Origin: Octopus sinensis
Taxonomy: Eukaryota
DNA: 40,128 nucleotides
Reading direction: 5' to 3'
Assembly: GCF_006345805.1 (NCBI RefSeq)
Contig: NW_021835443.1
Location: forward strand, 1 to 40,128
Part shown: positions 1-12,608 of the stretch, one piece after another
How the letters are laid out: every line of letters starts with the position of its first letter
How positions within the stretch are numbered: position 1 is the first letter of the stretch
Program-made: the position numbers and the translations under genes
The notes under the pieces: generated by a model
The model's input: only the letters and a program-made list of their open reading frames with translations
What the model was told of the DNA's origin: nothing
The model's database searches: none

Positions 1-240
1 AAAACTTAACAAGAAATTGTCAGGTAGATAGCGTAAAAACCTCATAAGAGAAAAATATTTTCGAAAATAATTATTTCTTATTGAACATATTAATTTATAT
101 ATAGAGGGCATTATACATACATGCCAGGAGGCATTCTACATACATGCCAAACGCTAAGAGGGACAATCAGTCATTTCTACCAAAAATTTACTAATCCCAC
201 CGAATGCAATTTTTCAAAGTAAAGACATTTAAAAATATAG

Positions 241-284
241 ACCTGTATCACAGTGATTTCATACTTACGTAATCATCAGCAGGC
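241..284 (-). ncRNA. Type I hammerhead ribozyme motif (family 1)
   Basis: Minus strand reads gCCTG-CTGATGA-T-TAC(GTAA)GTA-T-GAAA-TCA(CTG)TGA-TA-CAGGt. Intact core, stem I CCTG/CAGG, stem II closed by a GNRA loop, 4-bp stem III, AUA cleavage triplet. Confidence 0.85.
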
Positions 285-457
285 CTGAATGTATTATAAA
301 TAAACAACGACCATGCCTCGCTTAAGCCGATCAGCTAACTGATCAACATCAACGAAGCACATGGGTGAGTTTATATATATTACATCCGGTAATGGTAAAC
401 TTTTACGAATTGCATTTCGGGAGAGGAAAAGTTATTAAGTAGTTGTCCTTAATTGCT

Positions 458-547
<90 letters not shown>

Positions 548-962
548 ATATATTATATATATATCTATTTGTATGTATGTATATTTTACATATCTATATG
601 TATGTATTATGATTTTGCTTCAAAATAATATGATACTAAAGCCATTATACTGAATAAGTTTATGCTTTAGATGCTTTAGAGGAAAGTGTCAGGAAAATAT
701 AGAACATAATGTCAAATTCATGGCTCCGAAGAAGCTATATGATGTTGCTTCATATTGCAGAAAAACTGTAAGCCAGTGAACGTGGTAACACAGCTCCTGT
801 TGCTTGGCATTCATTAATTGTGCGTCGTACATACAAACATACATGCATGCGTACATAAATATATACATATATGCATAGATACATACAAACATACATATAT
901 ACATACATACATACAATCATACATTCATTCATACATAGATGTTTTTCGAGGAAGGATAAACA

Positions 963-1173
963 GAAACTGATGATGATTCTCCAGATCCATTCAGTTACTG
1001 GCTTAGTGAAAATTGAAATCCAAAATTTCTTTATCTGAGAATCTTTAGGTAAAGGGAAGTCCATAATTGGATGTGTGAATCGACGCTTATTTACAAACAC
1101 CAGGAACTCTTTCGACTCAAAACGTTTTGTTGTTTCGTTAATACGGCTTGAAATGCTTTTAAGAAGAACTTAA
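963..1173 (+). pseudogene. Possible decayed hAT transposase C-terminal (dimerisation domain) fragment
   Basis: With one stop and one frameshift it reads ETDDDSPDPFSYWLSEN*NPKFLYL...RRLFTNTRNSFDSKRFVVSLIRLEMLL. This matches the order of hATC motifs as I recall them (DPLxxW, FPxL, ERLFS, KR, LEMLL). No TIRs seen. Confidence 0.4.
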
Positions 1174-1238
1174 ATAAAACTCAAAGAAAATGAGCATGCG
1201 TACCGATGTACCTAGTACACTCACACAAACACACACAA

Positions 1239-1291
<53 letters not shown>

Positions 1292-1578
1292 AATATATAT
1301 GTATATAAATTAGAGAAGAACCACAATTGTTGAATTGCTACATGGTGGTTCTTCTCTGATTTATGTACATATATTATATATTGTGAAATATGATTTAGTA
1401 TTACTAAATTGAATTGTTCCCTGTAAGTTTGGAATCATATTCCTAATATTAAAGAGCGTAGGCTCGAAACGTAAAATACTTTTTCTATTCCTGAGCGATA
1501 TACTAATACATCTGTTTGTTTTGTACACCACCTGTCTTCGTCTTTTGTTTTTTTCGTACACCTTCCCTATATATATAT

Positions 1579-1774
1579 AAGTCTTGTCAAAATGTCTGTT
1601 TCTCAAACCTATGTGAGTATCAACACACACACGCACATACAGACACACATATAAATATGTCTATATATATATATATATATTTATATAAATACATATTTAT
1701 ATGTGTGTGTCTGTGTGTGCGTGCGTGTGTTGATACTCACATAGGGTTGAGAAACAGACCTTTCTACAAGACTT
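1579..1774. repeat. ~195-bp imperfect palindrome centred on a (TA)n tract
   Basis: agtcttgtcaaaatgtctgtttctcaaacctatgtgagtatcaacacac... is mirrored by ...gtgtgttgatactcacatagggttgagaaacagacctttctacaagact. Confidence 0.9.
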
Positions 1775-2289
1775 CGATGTTACAGTGAAACAATTTAGAA
1801 TATATATATATTTGATAAAATACCATAAACTGATTTTTGTATGTACGAGACATGCGGTAGTAGATGCCATGCCAATTTCTTTTCTTGCAACTCATTTACC
1901 ATTTTACTAGCCACTAGCATCCAACTCTAGCTTGGTTAGAGTTCTTCAAACTTTTATAAGCGACTGTGTGCTACGTTCTGGACAATGGTATTGATAGGCT
2001 AGCTAAACTCGGATAGCCGAAGAGTCTTCACATTTCATTTAAGTTATTTAAATAATTGTACAATATTTCTAATGGGTATCGCGTTGATACTGAAGTACTG
2101 ATCTTTTGTAACCTACTCAAAGATTGTCCACTATCATTAAGTAGATAGGCAATATCCAGCAACGTTACTTTGAGACGTTTAATTCACAATCTTGCGAGGG
2201 ATGAAAATCTCCCTTGTCGTCTAACTGGATGCATAGTATACGCCTAATCCTCTCGGCCCACGTTGTCACCAATCAGGAGATAAGAGTGC

Positions 2290-2505
2290 AAGAATAATAA
2301 TAGTTTCAAATGTTGCCACAAGGACAGCAATTTGGTGGGAGGGGATGAGTCTAGTATATCGACAGGTACTTATTTTCACGAAGCCGAAAGGATGAAAGGC
2401 AAAGTGGACCCTGGCGGAATTTGAATTCAGAATGGTAACGACAGACGAAATACTGCTAATTTTCGCCCGACATACTAACAATTCTGTCAGCTCGCCGGCT
2501 TCTGC
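2290..2505 (-). mobile_element. tRNA-derived SINE, type 1 (GGCGAGCTGGCAGAA head), decayed
   Basis: Similar to the copies at 32538-33285 and 34726-35139; B-box-like GAATTCAAATTCC on the minus strand. Confidence 0.8.
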
Positions 2506-2739
2506 GAGAGCAATAATGGTGACTGACATCTATACCAGACGTTTTCATTACGATCAAAGTTCAGAGCAATTTAAGCTGCCAACTATGTGGAAATGATATA
2601 TTTTTCGTTGCACTTCTTTGGCCATCATGCATATCTGCAACGATTAAATAATATCTGCACTGCAGTTTTCGGATTAGTTCAACTAATTTGTCAATACTGC
2701 ATTGTTACTTATAATACGGAATACGGTTATAAATGTGTA

Positions 2740-2821
2740 CAGTAATCCCTTGACTATCGCGGGTATTACGTTCGATAACCCCCGCGATATGTGAAAATCA
2801 GCGAAGTATAAACGTACAGTA

Positions 2822-2872
<51 letters not shown>

Positions 2873-2989
2873 TTCATTATATATTTCATATATTATTATT
2901 ATGTATTTAAAACAATTCTACGGAGGAATCGGCGGAAGCCTAAATAATAAACCGCGATAGGTGAACCGTGATATGGTGAGGGATTAATG
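2740..2989. mobile_element. Non-autonomous pogo/Tigger-like MITE
   Basis: Termini CAGTAATCCCT...AGGGATTAATG, flanked by TA on both sides (2738-2739, 2990-2991); internal (TA)n expansion. Confidence 0.7.
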
Positions 2990-3179
2990 TATACAAATGT
3001 GTTTGAAATTCAAATCACTTGTGACAAAACACAAAGCTGGTGACAGGATTCAATTAGCCAGAGCTTGGGTTAAGAGGTAGAGAATGTACATTCATACATT
3101 CTTAAATCATGTATCTCTCTCTCTCTCTCCCCCTCTCTGTCACTCGCTCTCTGTTCCTCTTTCTAACAATACATTTATG

Positions 3180-3225
<46 letters not shown>

Positions 3226-3344
3226 CTCATGTACATACGTATATACCAATACCTATATATACATCTATCGCACTCAGAAACAAATATCCATGCACGGACA
3301 CACACAAACACACACATACAAACACACTCTCACAGGCACGCACA

Positions 3345-3625
3345 CACATTATGGTAGGAAACTTGGCTCCTCACCACATTTCTGGTTTAGTCCCACTGCA
3401 TGGTAACTTCGGCAAATATTTCTATTATATCCATTGGCTCTCACCCATGTTTGACAACTGGTATTCGTGTGTTTACGTCCCAGTTACCGGTTTGGCAAAG
3501 AATACGACAGAATAAATAACAGGCTTAACAATAACAAGTACTGGGGTCGATTCATTCTACTAAACATTTTTCAAGGCTGTGCTGCAGCATGACCTCACTA
3601 TAGTGACAGAAACGTAAAATATACA
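3345..3625 (+). mobile_element. tRNA-derived SINE, type 2, old and internally deleted
   Basis: Diverged match to 21322-21712 (tagtcccactgcatgg, ttgacaac, ctggggtcgat, gcagcatgacc). Confidence 0.7.
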
Positions 3626-3731
3626 AGATATATACTTAAGTTGAGGCACCACAATTTAATACGGTATTATCCATACAATTTCCAATTAAAGGGATTAAAA
3701 TCAGAATATGCAACAAGGATATCCGGAGGTA

Positions 3732-3820
3732 ATGCAGTACGATCGTTTCATGCAGCTCCATTTAATTGAACAATGCAATCATTACATCAAATTAAAATGC
3801 AGAGCAATCTTCAGCTGCAC
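3732..3820 (-). ncRNA. Hammerhead ribozyme motif (family 2), long stem II
   Basis: Minus strand reads gtGCAG-CTGAAGA-T-TGC...long hairpin...GCA-T-GAAA-CGATCG-TA-CTGCat. 6-bp stem I, palindromic ACGATCGT stem III, GUA triplet. The base of stem II is imperfect. Confidence 0.75.
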
Positions 3821-4011
3821 AAAGACACAGAATTTAATTAAATTAGAACAGATTGCCACATTAGTATAATTATAACTAAAATCTCCAAGAAGTTAAGGAG
3901 ATAGACAAAGAACATACTGTTCTTACTCCAATAGATATATACATATATACAAACATACATACATACATATATATATGTAAATCTATCTATCTATCTATAT
4001 ATCTATATCTA

Positions 4012-4078
<67 letters not shown>

Positions 4079-4137
4079 TATTGGTGAATTGAAGAAATGG
4101 AGCTGAACGCAGATTGAACAGAAATCGTTTTATTTCA

Positions 4138-4214
4138 TTCTACACGTGTTTCGAAAGGCACAAATTACCAAAATCCGATTGAATAATGGACCATATGTTC
4201 TTTCTCTTCAGGAA
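4138..4214 (-). ncRNA. Hammerhead ribozyme motif (family 3), left arm
   Basis: Minus strand reads TTC-CTGAAGA-GAAAG...CTTTC-GAAA-CACGTG-TA-GAA; palindromic ACACGTGT stem III, GUA triplet. Confidence 0.8.
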
Positions 4215-4688
4215 GAAAAAGGAATCCGTTGGAAAAACAAAAACAGAACAGAGGCGGAGCAAAAACAAATCGACTGTGCTCCTAAGAGCCCATGGCGAAA
4301 CTGTTTATCAGTGTATGTTGAGAACCGGTGGCTGAAGAATTCAACGGGTCAGGCATCGGTCAATCATGTGGGTGAGGGTGTATAGATGTTTTTTGTGACC
4401 GAGAATAAAGTTCTGACTATTTAAGGAATATTGGATGTTTTATAAGAGGCGAGAAAAAAAACATCCAATATTCCTTAAATAGTCAGAACTTTATTCTCGG
4501 TCACAAAGAACATCTATACACCCTCACCCACATAATTGACCGATGTCTGACCCGTTGAATTCTTCAGCCACCGGTTCTCAACATACACTGATAAACAGTT
4601 TCGCCATGGGCTCTTAGGAGCACAGTTCGATTTGTTTTTTGCTCCGCCTCTGTTCTGTTTTTGTTTTTCCAACGGATTTCCTTTTTTC

Positions 4689-4768
4689 TTCCTGAAGAGA
4701 AAGACACAATATGGTCCCATTATTCAATCGGATTTTGGTAATTTGTGCCTTTCGAAACACGTGTAGAA
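4689..4768 (+). ncRNA. Hammerhead ribozyme motif (family 3), right arm
   Basis: TTC-CTGAAGA-GAAAGACACAA...TTGTGCCTTTC-GAAA-CACGTG-TA-GAA; predicted cut between 4765 and 4766. Confidence 0.8.
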
Positions 4769-4981
4769 TGAAATAAAACGATTTCTGTTCAATCTGCGTT
4801 CAGCTCCATCTCTTCAATTCACCAATAATGTTTTAATTTCAATTATCCGCACCAACGCACGGTTGCAACGCCAGATGGTTGTACCTCCAACCGTGCTGTT
4901 TACTGCTGTGATTTTTGCTACTAAGGTATCGGTTAAACTTTTGATTAATCTACTACAAGATTATTCATCTTTCTATTTCAC

Positions 4982-5015
<34 letters not shown>

Positions 5016-5299
5016 CATGCATGCGCATACGTGTGTGTGTTTAAAATACATATTGTCTAACAGAAGGTGTCAAACAATGGGATCCAATTCCAAAATCGCA
5101 TGATTTCGAAGTAAACTTCTTAACCAGACAGCTATCTCTAGTCGCGCTTATTATTATGCAGGAAGAAATATGTCTATATAAATGTGAATTTATTAATGTT
5201 TATGAGCATTCATACACGAATTCAATTATTTCCCAAAGTATGTAATGAGATCTATAAATTTATGTATGAGTGTACGTGCGCATAAGCGTTTGTACGTAT

Positions 5300-5358
<59 letters not shown>

Positions 5359-5476
5359 CATTAATATGCGTGTGAATGCGTGTGTATATGAAATATATAT
5401 ACATACATATATATACATATATGTGTGAGTATATATATATATATGTTATATATGATTATATATATATATGGATATA

Positions 5477-5549
<73 letters not shown>

Positions 5550-5929
5550 CATGTTTATGCTGTTCATGAACATAAATGCGTTTATCTGTATTCTTAGCTG
5601 TATTTGCATGTGTATTAACCATCGATCTAAAAGTCTGTTGCCGAACAACTCTTAGCGGCAGCTGGTAGTCTCTGTATGGCAAACTGCGTGCCCCAAAGCT
5701 TGGTTTGCTAGTAGTACATGCTCAGATGATATTTGAATTGGTAGTAAAAATGACAACTGAGAAAGATGTATGCATGTTGCGAAATTAATAATAGAAATAC
5801 CGAGAAGGAGATGTATAGGGTGGGGTGGAGGGGAAGGAACTTATATTAGAAATGTGATGGAAATAAATAAGCTGAAAGGAGTTAACAACAACAACAATGG
5901 CAACACAAAACAATGTTCACAGTAATAAC

Positions 5930-5966
<37 letters not shown>

Positions 5967-6034
5967 GTATATATATATAGCTTTATTATGTGAACATGTT
6001 TTGTGTTGCCTTTGTTGTTGTTAACTCCTTACAG

Positions 6035-6083
<49 letters not shown>

Positions 6084-6229
6084 TATAGCTAGATAGATAG
6101 ATAGATAACATATATAGATATATATATGTGTACACATATACATATACATACATATATGTAGATATATATATATCGTACATGAATATACATATATATTCAT
6201 ATAAAAATGGCGTGATTATAATAGAAATG

Positions 6230-6358
6230 ACGACGGCGACGATAATGATGAGGATGATGATGATAATAATAATAATAACAATAATAATAATAATAATTAT
6301 AACAATAATAATGATGATGATGATGATGATAATAATAATAATAATAATAATGATGATG

Positions 6359-6419
<61 letters not shown>

Positions 6420-6472
6420 TGATGATGATGATGATGATAATAATAATAATAATAATAATAGTAATAATAATA

Positions 6473-6510
<38 letters not shown>
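6230..6510. repeat. Compound (AAT)n/(GAT)n microsatellite
   Basis: Direct inspection; explains the poly-I/M/Y/H ORFs at 5986-6537. Confidence 0.95.
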
Positions 6511-7251
6511 GTGGAACCATATAAAAGTAAAACACACTAAAAGAAAGGAATAGGGAATTTGTTAGATTGAGTGAGAGTAGCGGACAGAGTAGGAGAATTA
6601 GAGGAAGGGAGAGATACGGAAAGTAATTGAGGCTAGATAGGGAATGATTCCGTGAAAGATATGGAAAAAGGGGGCAAGATGATCGAAGATAAATAAGTGT
6701 GTAAGTATTACGTGCTATTGATAATGCTATTTCTTGACCTATCGATAAATTTATGATGGTTTCCTACTTGCTTCAAGTGACAATGAGGAAAACAATGAAA
6801 TTGTTATGTAGGTTTCTGTATACAGTACCATGCGTGCGCACACACACACACACACTCGTACATGAATACACGTACATACACATACAAGCACAGAGACGTA
6901 CACGCATACAGATAAGATATGTCTATATCTCCCTCTTTCAATATATTTATAAACATACATACATATATGTACGTACATAGATAAAGACGTAAATATATAT
7001 ACATGCATACATTAACATACACACATCAGTGATAAGCAGGTATAAATAATTTGTATATATATGTATGTGTGAGTATATATATATATATATATATATGTGT
7101 GCGTGTGTGTGTGTGTGTTTGTGTGTCTATATATATATACATACACATATATATGTTATACATATAGGTATGAATATCTAAGTATAGATACATATGTAAT
7201 TATATATATAGGTATATATAACTATTCATATATACATATATTTATATGTAA

Positions 7252-7287
<36 letters not shown>

Positions 7288-7671
7288 GTATAGATATTAT
7301 GTATATTTATGTATGTAAGAATGTTTATGTATGTATTTATATTTTTAGCGATTGATGGTAATAAAAAAAGAGAGAAAAAAAGCATGCAAAGAGATAGCAA
7401 AGATATTGATTTCTCTTAGATCACGTGGGCAGATGGAGCTGCTGTATCCAAAGTTTTTATAGCAGGTTCCATCGCTAATGCTTTCTTTTTATGAACAAAT
7501 ATACACAATCAGAATATCACACAGGAATGCAGCTAATAGGCATATATATATAAACAAAATAAACACAAAAAAATTTCCTCCCAAATGCGCAAAAACAACA
7601 TGGTAGATCAGAACAACACGAACAACCAAATATGATCAACATAAAAAGGAAAACTTCAAATAGTGCTTCCA

Positions 7672-8505
<834 letters not shown>

Positions 8506-8833
8506 CTAAATGTCTAAAACAAGAATATAATCCACATATAAAATATATCTAAGGGAAAATTGTATATTTGTAAATACATTTTCATGCAACTTAACTAGAA
8601 CAACGTTAAGTTAAGATCTGACTACTTAGCTCGCGTGTATGTGGATCTAATGTGTATGTATATGTTCATACTTACATATGCATATATGTACATACAACAT
8701 ATGTATATACGTACATACATTCATATACCTACCTACATATAATATATATATATATATATAATAATATATATATATATATATTATATATATATATTATATA
8801 TATATTATATATATATATGTATGTATATATATG

Positions 8834-8867
<34 letters not shown>

Positions 8868-9167
8868 ATATATATATATTATGTAGGTATATATACATAT
8901 ATATAGACGTATATATACAGGTTAAAAAGTAAGTGTTGCTTTGCTTTAGGTGAATAATATCTCCATAAGTCAAACACGTATAGTAATAAACAAACAATCG
9001 GAAAAAAAGACACAAAAGGTCGAGTAGAAAAATATGTACTAAATTCCCAAACGGTATATGTTTGTATGTATTTATGTTTGCCTATATATATATATATATA
9101 TATATATAGTATATATATATATAGTATATATATATATATAAAAAAAAACTTAAAAAAATTTCAACTC

Positions 9168-9494
9168 TGATTTTCACGTTTTATTTACAATCTTATAGAT
9201 GTATAATATAATATAATATAATATAATGTAATATAATACAATATAATGAAATGATAGAATATTAAATTTCCATTCTCATTGAATTAGTACTTTCATGCAT
9301 TAAACTATGCAATCTTCAGCTATATGTAGTTGTAGTGGTGACAGTTACGTTTTACAAGGTACCAGTACTACAGGAACCTGAAGATTGCATAGTTTAATGC
9401 ATGAAAGTACTAGTTCAATAAAAATGAACATTTAATATGCTATCATTTCCTTATATTATATTATTATAAGATTGGAAATAAAACGTGAAAATCA
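9168..9494. mobile_element. Fold-back element with hammerhead arms (family 4)
   Basis: Arm 9168-9319 is the reverse complement of 9378-9494 (tgattttcacgttttattt...atgcaatcttcag / ctgaagattgcat...aaataaaacgtgaaaatca); 58-nt spacer. Confidence 0.85.
9374..9416 (+). ncRNA. Minimal hammerhead ribozyme motif (family 4)
   Basis: GAAC-CTGAAGA-T-TGCAT(AGTTTA)ATGCA-T-GAAA-GTAC-TA-GTTC. Perfect 4-bp stem I, palindromic AGTACT stem III, CUA triplet. The left-arm copy (9281-9319, minus) lacks the 5' strand of stem I. Confidence 0.85.
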
Positions 9495-9599
9495 ACGTAG
9501 GAATTGTTTTGAGAAATAAATTCTTCAATATAAAATCATACACAGCCGTGTATACATATATATATATATATATAAATTTACAAAAGTATTCCAACGTAT

Positions 9600-10117
9600 A
9601 TTTTAAAATGGCGTCTTAACAAAATATGAAATATCATGAGTCAAGGAGTGATTTGTTCGCGGTCGGTCGACTTTGTAGGAATTGGCAATCAAATCTGCCT
9701 GAAACTGCAGCCTATTCTCTTAACGGAAGTGATGAGACATTAGGCAATGTAGATATAGGGACGACGAGATGATCATAGCTAAAACAGCTTTAGCTGCAGG
9801 TTTTTCCGTTAAAGACAGTGTAGGCGTTGGGGACGATTCAATGATGCAGTAGTGTTAATATCTAGAAATAACAGTCAAATTTTCCTCTCACAAAGACCCT
9901 CGTTACCATAATAAAAATTATAAGGCCATTTTGAATAATCCCACCGTGAATTCGTTTCTTTTTTGTTTTTTGTTTTTTTTTTTTGAAAATATGGCGAGTT
10001 GGTTTTTACCTCGAACGCTTTAATCATAGATCTGTTTGATCAAAGCGGACCTGGGATCAAAGAAACGCAGTAAAATTTTGCCATGAAACAAATCATGCTA
10101 TTGCTAAATAACCAAGT
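9600..10117 (+). promoter_or_regulatory. Copy 2 of the duplicated ~510-bp block
   Basis: Near-identical to 7672-8178 except for a divergent middle (~9815-9860) and a T-rich insertion (~9957-9983). Confidence 0.4.
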
Positions 10118-10241
10118 CTCTCTCCCCCTCTCTCTCTCTCTGTATATATATATATATATAGAAAGATAGTTGTATATATACAACAGTAGAAAAATAGTTG
10201 TATATATATATATATATATATATATACAACTATTTCTCTAC

Positions 10242-10645
10242 AGGCGACGAGCTGGAAAATTCGTTAGCGCGCCGGACAAAATGCTCTGAGTTTAAATTTC
10301 TCAAAGTCGATTTTGGCATTCATCCTTTTGGGGTCGATAAAAAAATTACCAGTTAAGTAATGGGAAAGATGTGATCGATTTTACACCTTCCTACGTATTT
10401 TTCAGGTGTTTTGCCTGTAGTAGAGAGAATTATTGTAAAACGGTAAAAGGTGGTGAGCTGGCAAAATTTTTAGCACACCGGACAAAACGTTTAATGTTAT
10501 TTTGTCAGTCTTAAACGCTCTGTGTTCAAATTCCACCGCGATCGATTTTGCTCTTCACCTTTTCAGGGTCGATAATACTAGGGGTGATGTAATCGACTAT
10601 ACTACTACCAACACCCCAAAATTCAGTCCTTGTATAGAAATTAAA
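10242..10645 (+). mobile_element. Two decayed type 1 SINEs (10242-10385, 10450-10645)
   Basis: Heads ggcgacgagctgg and ggtggtgagctggc, B-box-like gttcaaattcc, shared ggggtcgat body. Confidence 0.8.
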
Positions 10646-11387
10646 AATAATCATTACATAAGGATACATAAACCTTCGTTAGAATTAGCAAAAGAAACTC
10701 TAAGATCATATTTCAAATTATACCTTAAGTGAGAATATGAAAACCGTTGAAGGTAAGCATCTTTCAAATTCCAACGAATATTATTTTAGGAAACTTAAGT
10801 TCGTACGAGCTGACGACATCGTTTATCAAATCTCATTACATCTCATCAGTTGATCAATGTGTTCAAATGATTTGTCAATGAAAGCAAGCAGGAAAGGAGA
10901 AAATAAAAGAATTTAACGACTGATATATTGCAAATAGCGAAAGACACTAAATTACGTTATTTAAATAACAATATCTAAATCTTTAAACTGTCAATTGGTT
11001 ATATCATTCAGAAGTAAATGTCTGAAGATTAGGAAGGACATCCATCAAATATTTGTAAAAATAGAGGAATGAAAAATTGATGGTAATCGAGTTGTTTGTT
11101 TCCAATAGAGGATTAGTTAACAAATATATTCAAGAAATTTACGAAGTTATAGACACAAGTTATATCGGGCAAGCTGTCAAATTTAGTATACATGCATACA
11201 CACATACATACACACACACACACACTATATATATATATGTAGTTAGGTTATATTCTGTTAAGAATGCAGTTAAGTACAGTATAGAGCTCATCCACCTTCA
11301 GATTGCACCCAGTGCTATCCAACAGTAGTATTATACGTACTGACAGATTAGCATTGGGGTTTCTGTAGTTTGTGAATGCATAATTCA

Positions 11388-11466
11388 CAGAAATGGCCTA
11401 AACTCTTTGTCCCCCTACATGGCCTTGCTTTTGCTTTTTGAGCCAATAAAAATTGAATTGAATTGA
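11388..11466 (+). mobile_element. CR1/L2-like LINE 3' end, short copy
   Basis: Matches 24108-24217 with an internal deletion; (ATTGA)n tail. Confidence 0.65.
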
Positions 11467-11849
11467 TACCGCTGAAGGACTTGAATACAGTGTTTCTGTA
11501 ATCCCATCGTGTCACTTCTGTAGCTCTTCTTACGTCATAGTTGAGAGCATCGAAAATATGGTCCCTTGAAATCGCTATCTCAGTCCTTGAGGAATTAATA
11601 AGACGGCGTTTCAGGTTAGGAACGAATCTGTGATGGGATTCTGCAACCTAGCCACTCTGTCCGTTTTTCGGTTTCTGCCTGCATAAAAGGGTAGGTAGAT
11701 TTGTTTCCAAGCCATACATTGTAAACGTTCTTGTTTGCTCGGGTGGCATTTTTAATTTCCTACTTAAATCAGAGACTTCTTTCGTTACCCGACCCCTCAC
11801 TGTGCTGCCTTTGTCCTTTTCATAATTTTATGAACTGGATTGATATGCG

Positions 11850-11884
<35 letters not shown>

Positions 11885-11980
11885 TAATCCAAACAAGAAA
11901 GCACAAAAAAACACAACAACGCGAGGACGTGGAACAAATATACTATTATTGGACGCTAAGGAAAGTAGGAAAGAAGGAGG

Positions 11981-12015
11981 GTTTAACGTTTCGAGCGGAG
12001 CTCTTCGTCGGAAAC
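11981..12015 (-). ncRNA. Minimal hammerhead motif (family 5) with U4-to-C core change
   Basis: Minus strand reads GTTT-CCGACGA-A-GAGC(TCC)GCTC-GAAACGTT-AAAC. Same geometry as family 6; the core is CCGA rather than CTGA. Confidence 0.65.
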
Positions 12016-12059
12016 ATAGAAGGAAAGATCCAGAGAAGGGAAGACAGAGGAAAAAAATC

Positions 12060-12110
<51 letters not shown>

Positions 12111-12124
12111 TGTGTGTGTGTGTG

Positions 12125-12430
12125 GTGTGTGTGTGTATCTATGTTTGTCTCCCCCATAACCGCTTGACAAACGGTGTTGGTGTGTTTGCCTCCCATAGCT
12201 AACCGTTTCGGTAAAAATGATCGATAGAATAAGTACCAGGCTTGAAATTAAGTACTATGGTCGATGGACATGATTAAAATGTTCAAAGTTGTGCTCCAGT
12301 GTGACCGCAGTCAAATGACTGAAACAAGTAAAGAATAAACGAAAATATACATACGGTGCCGCTCAGAGGGACTGAACTCGGAACCGTGTTGTTGGAAAGC
12401 AACCTTCATACCACACAGACACGCCTTCGC
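12125..12430. mobile_element. Type 2 SINE pieces: 3' half on + (12125-12345), head on - (12350-12430)
   Basis: Match to parts of 21322-21712. Confidence 0.75.
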
Positions 12431-12438
12431 CCTGTTTA

Positions 12439-12509
<71 letters not shown>

Positions 12510-12564
12510 ATATATTATTATATATACATAATTATATATATATATATCTATACACACACACACG

Positions 12565-12608
<44 letters not shown>

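Larger units (their letters stand above)
4075..4831. mobile_element. ~757-bp near-perfect fold-back element with a hammerhead in each arm (inverted PLE pLTR-like)
   Basis: Arms 4075-4441 and 4458-4831 are reverse complements with only a few substitutions and indels; 16-nt spacer. Confidence 0.9.

Noticed and set aside
1850-2030. mariner transposase relic (FEEL...WHLLPH)
   Set aside because: Multiple stops, no YSPD motif and no TIRs.
10730-10890. Two-exon peptide MKTVEG/NLSSYEL... on +
   Set aside because: It would need a 37-nt intron, which is implausibly short.
11470-11650. Minus open frame VAESHHRFVPNLKRRLIN...
   Set aside because: The good acceptor upstream leads to stops in all frames; no recognisable motif.
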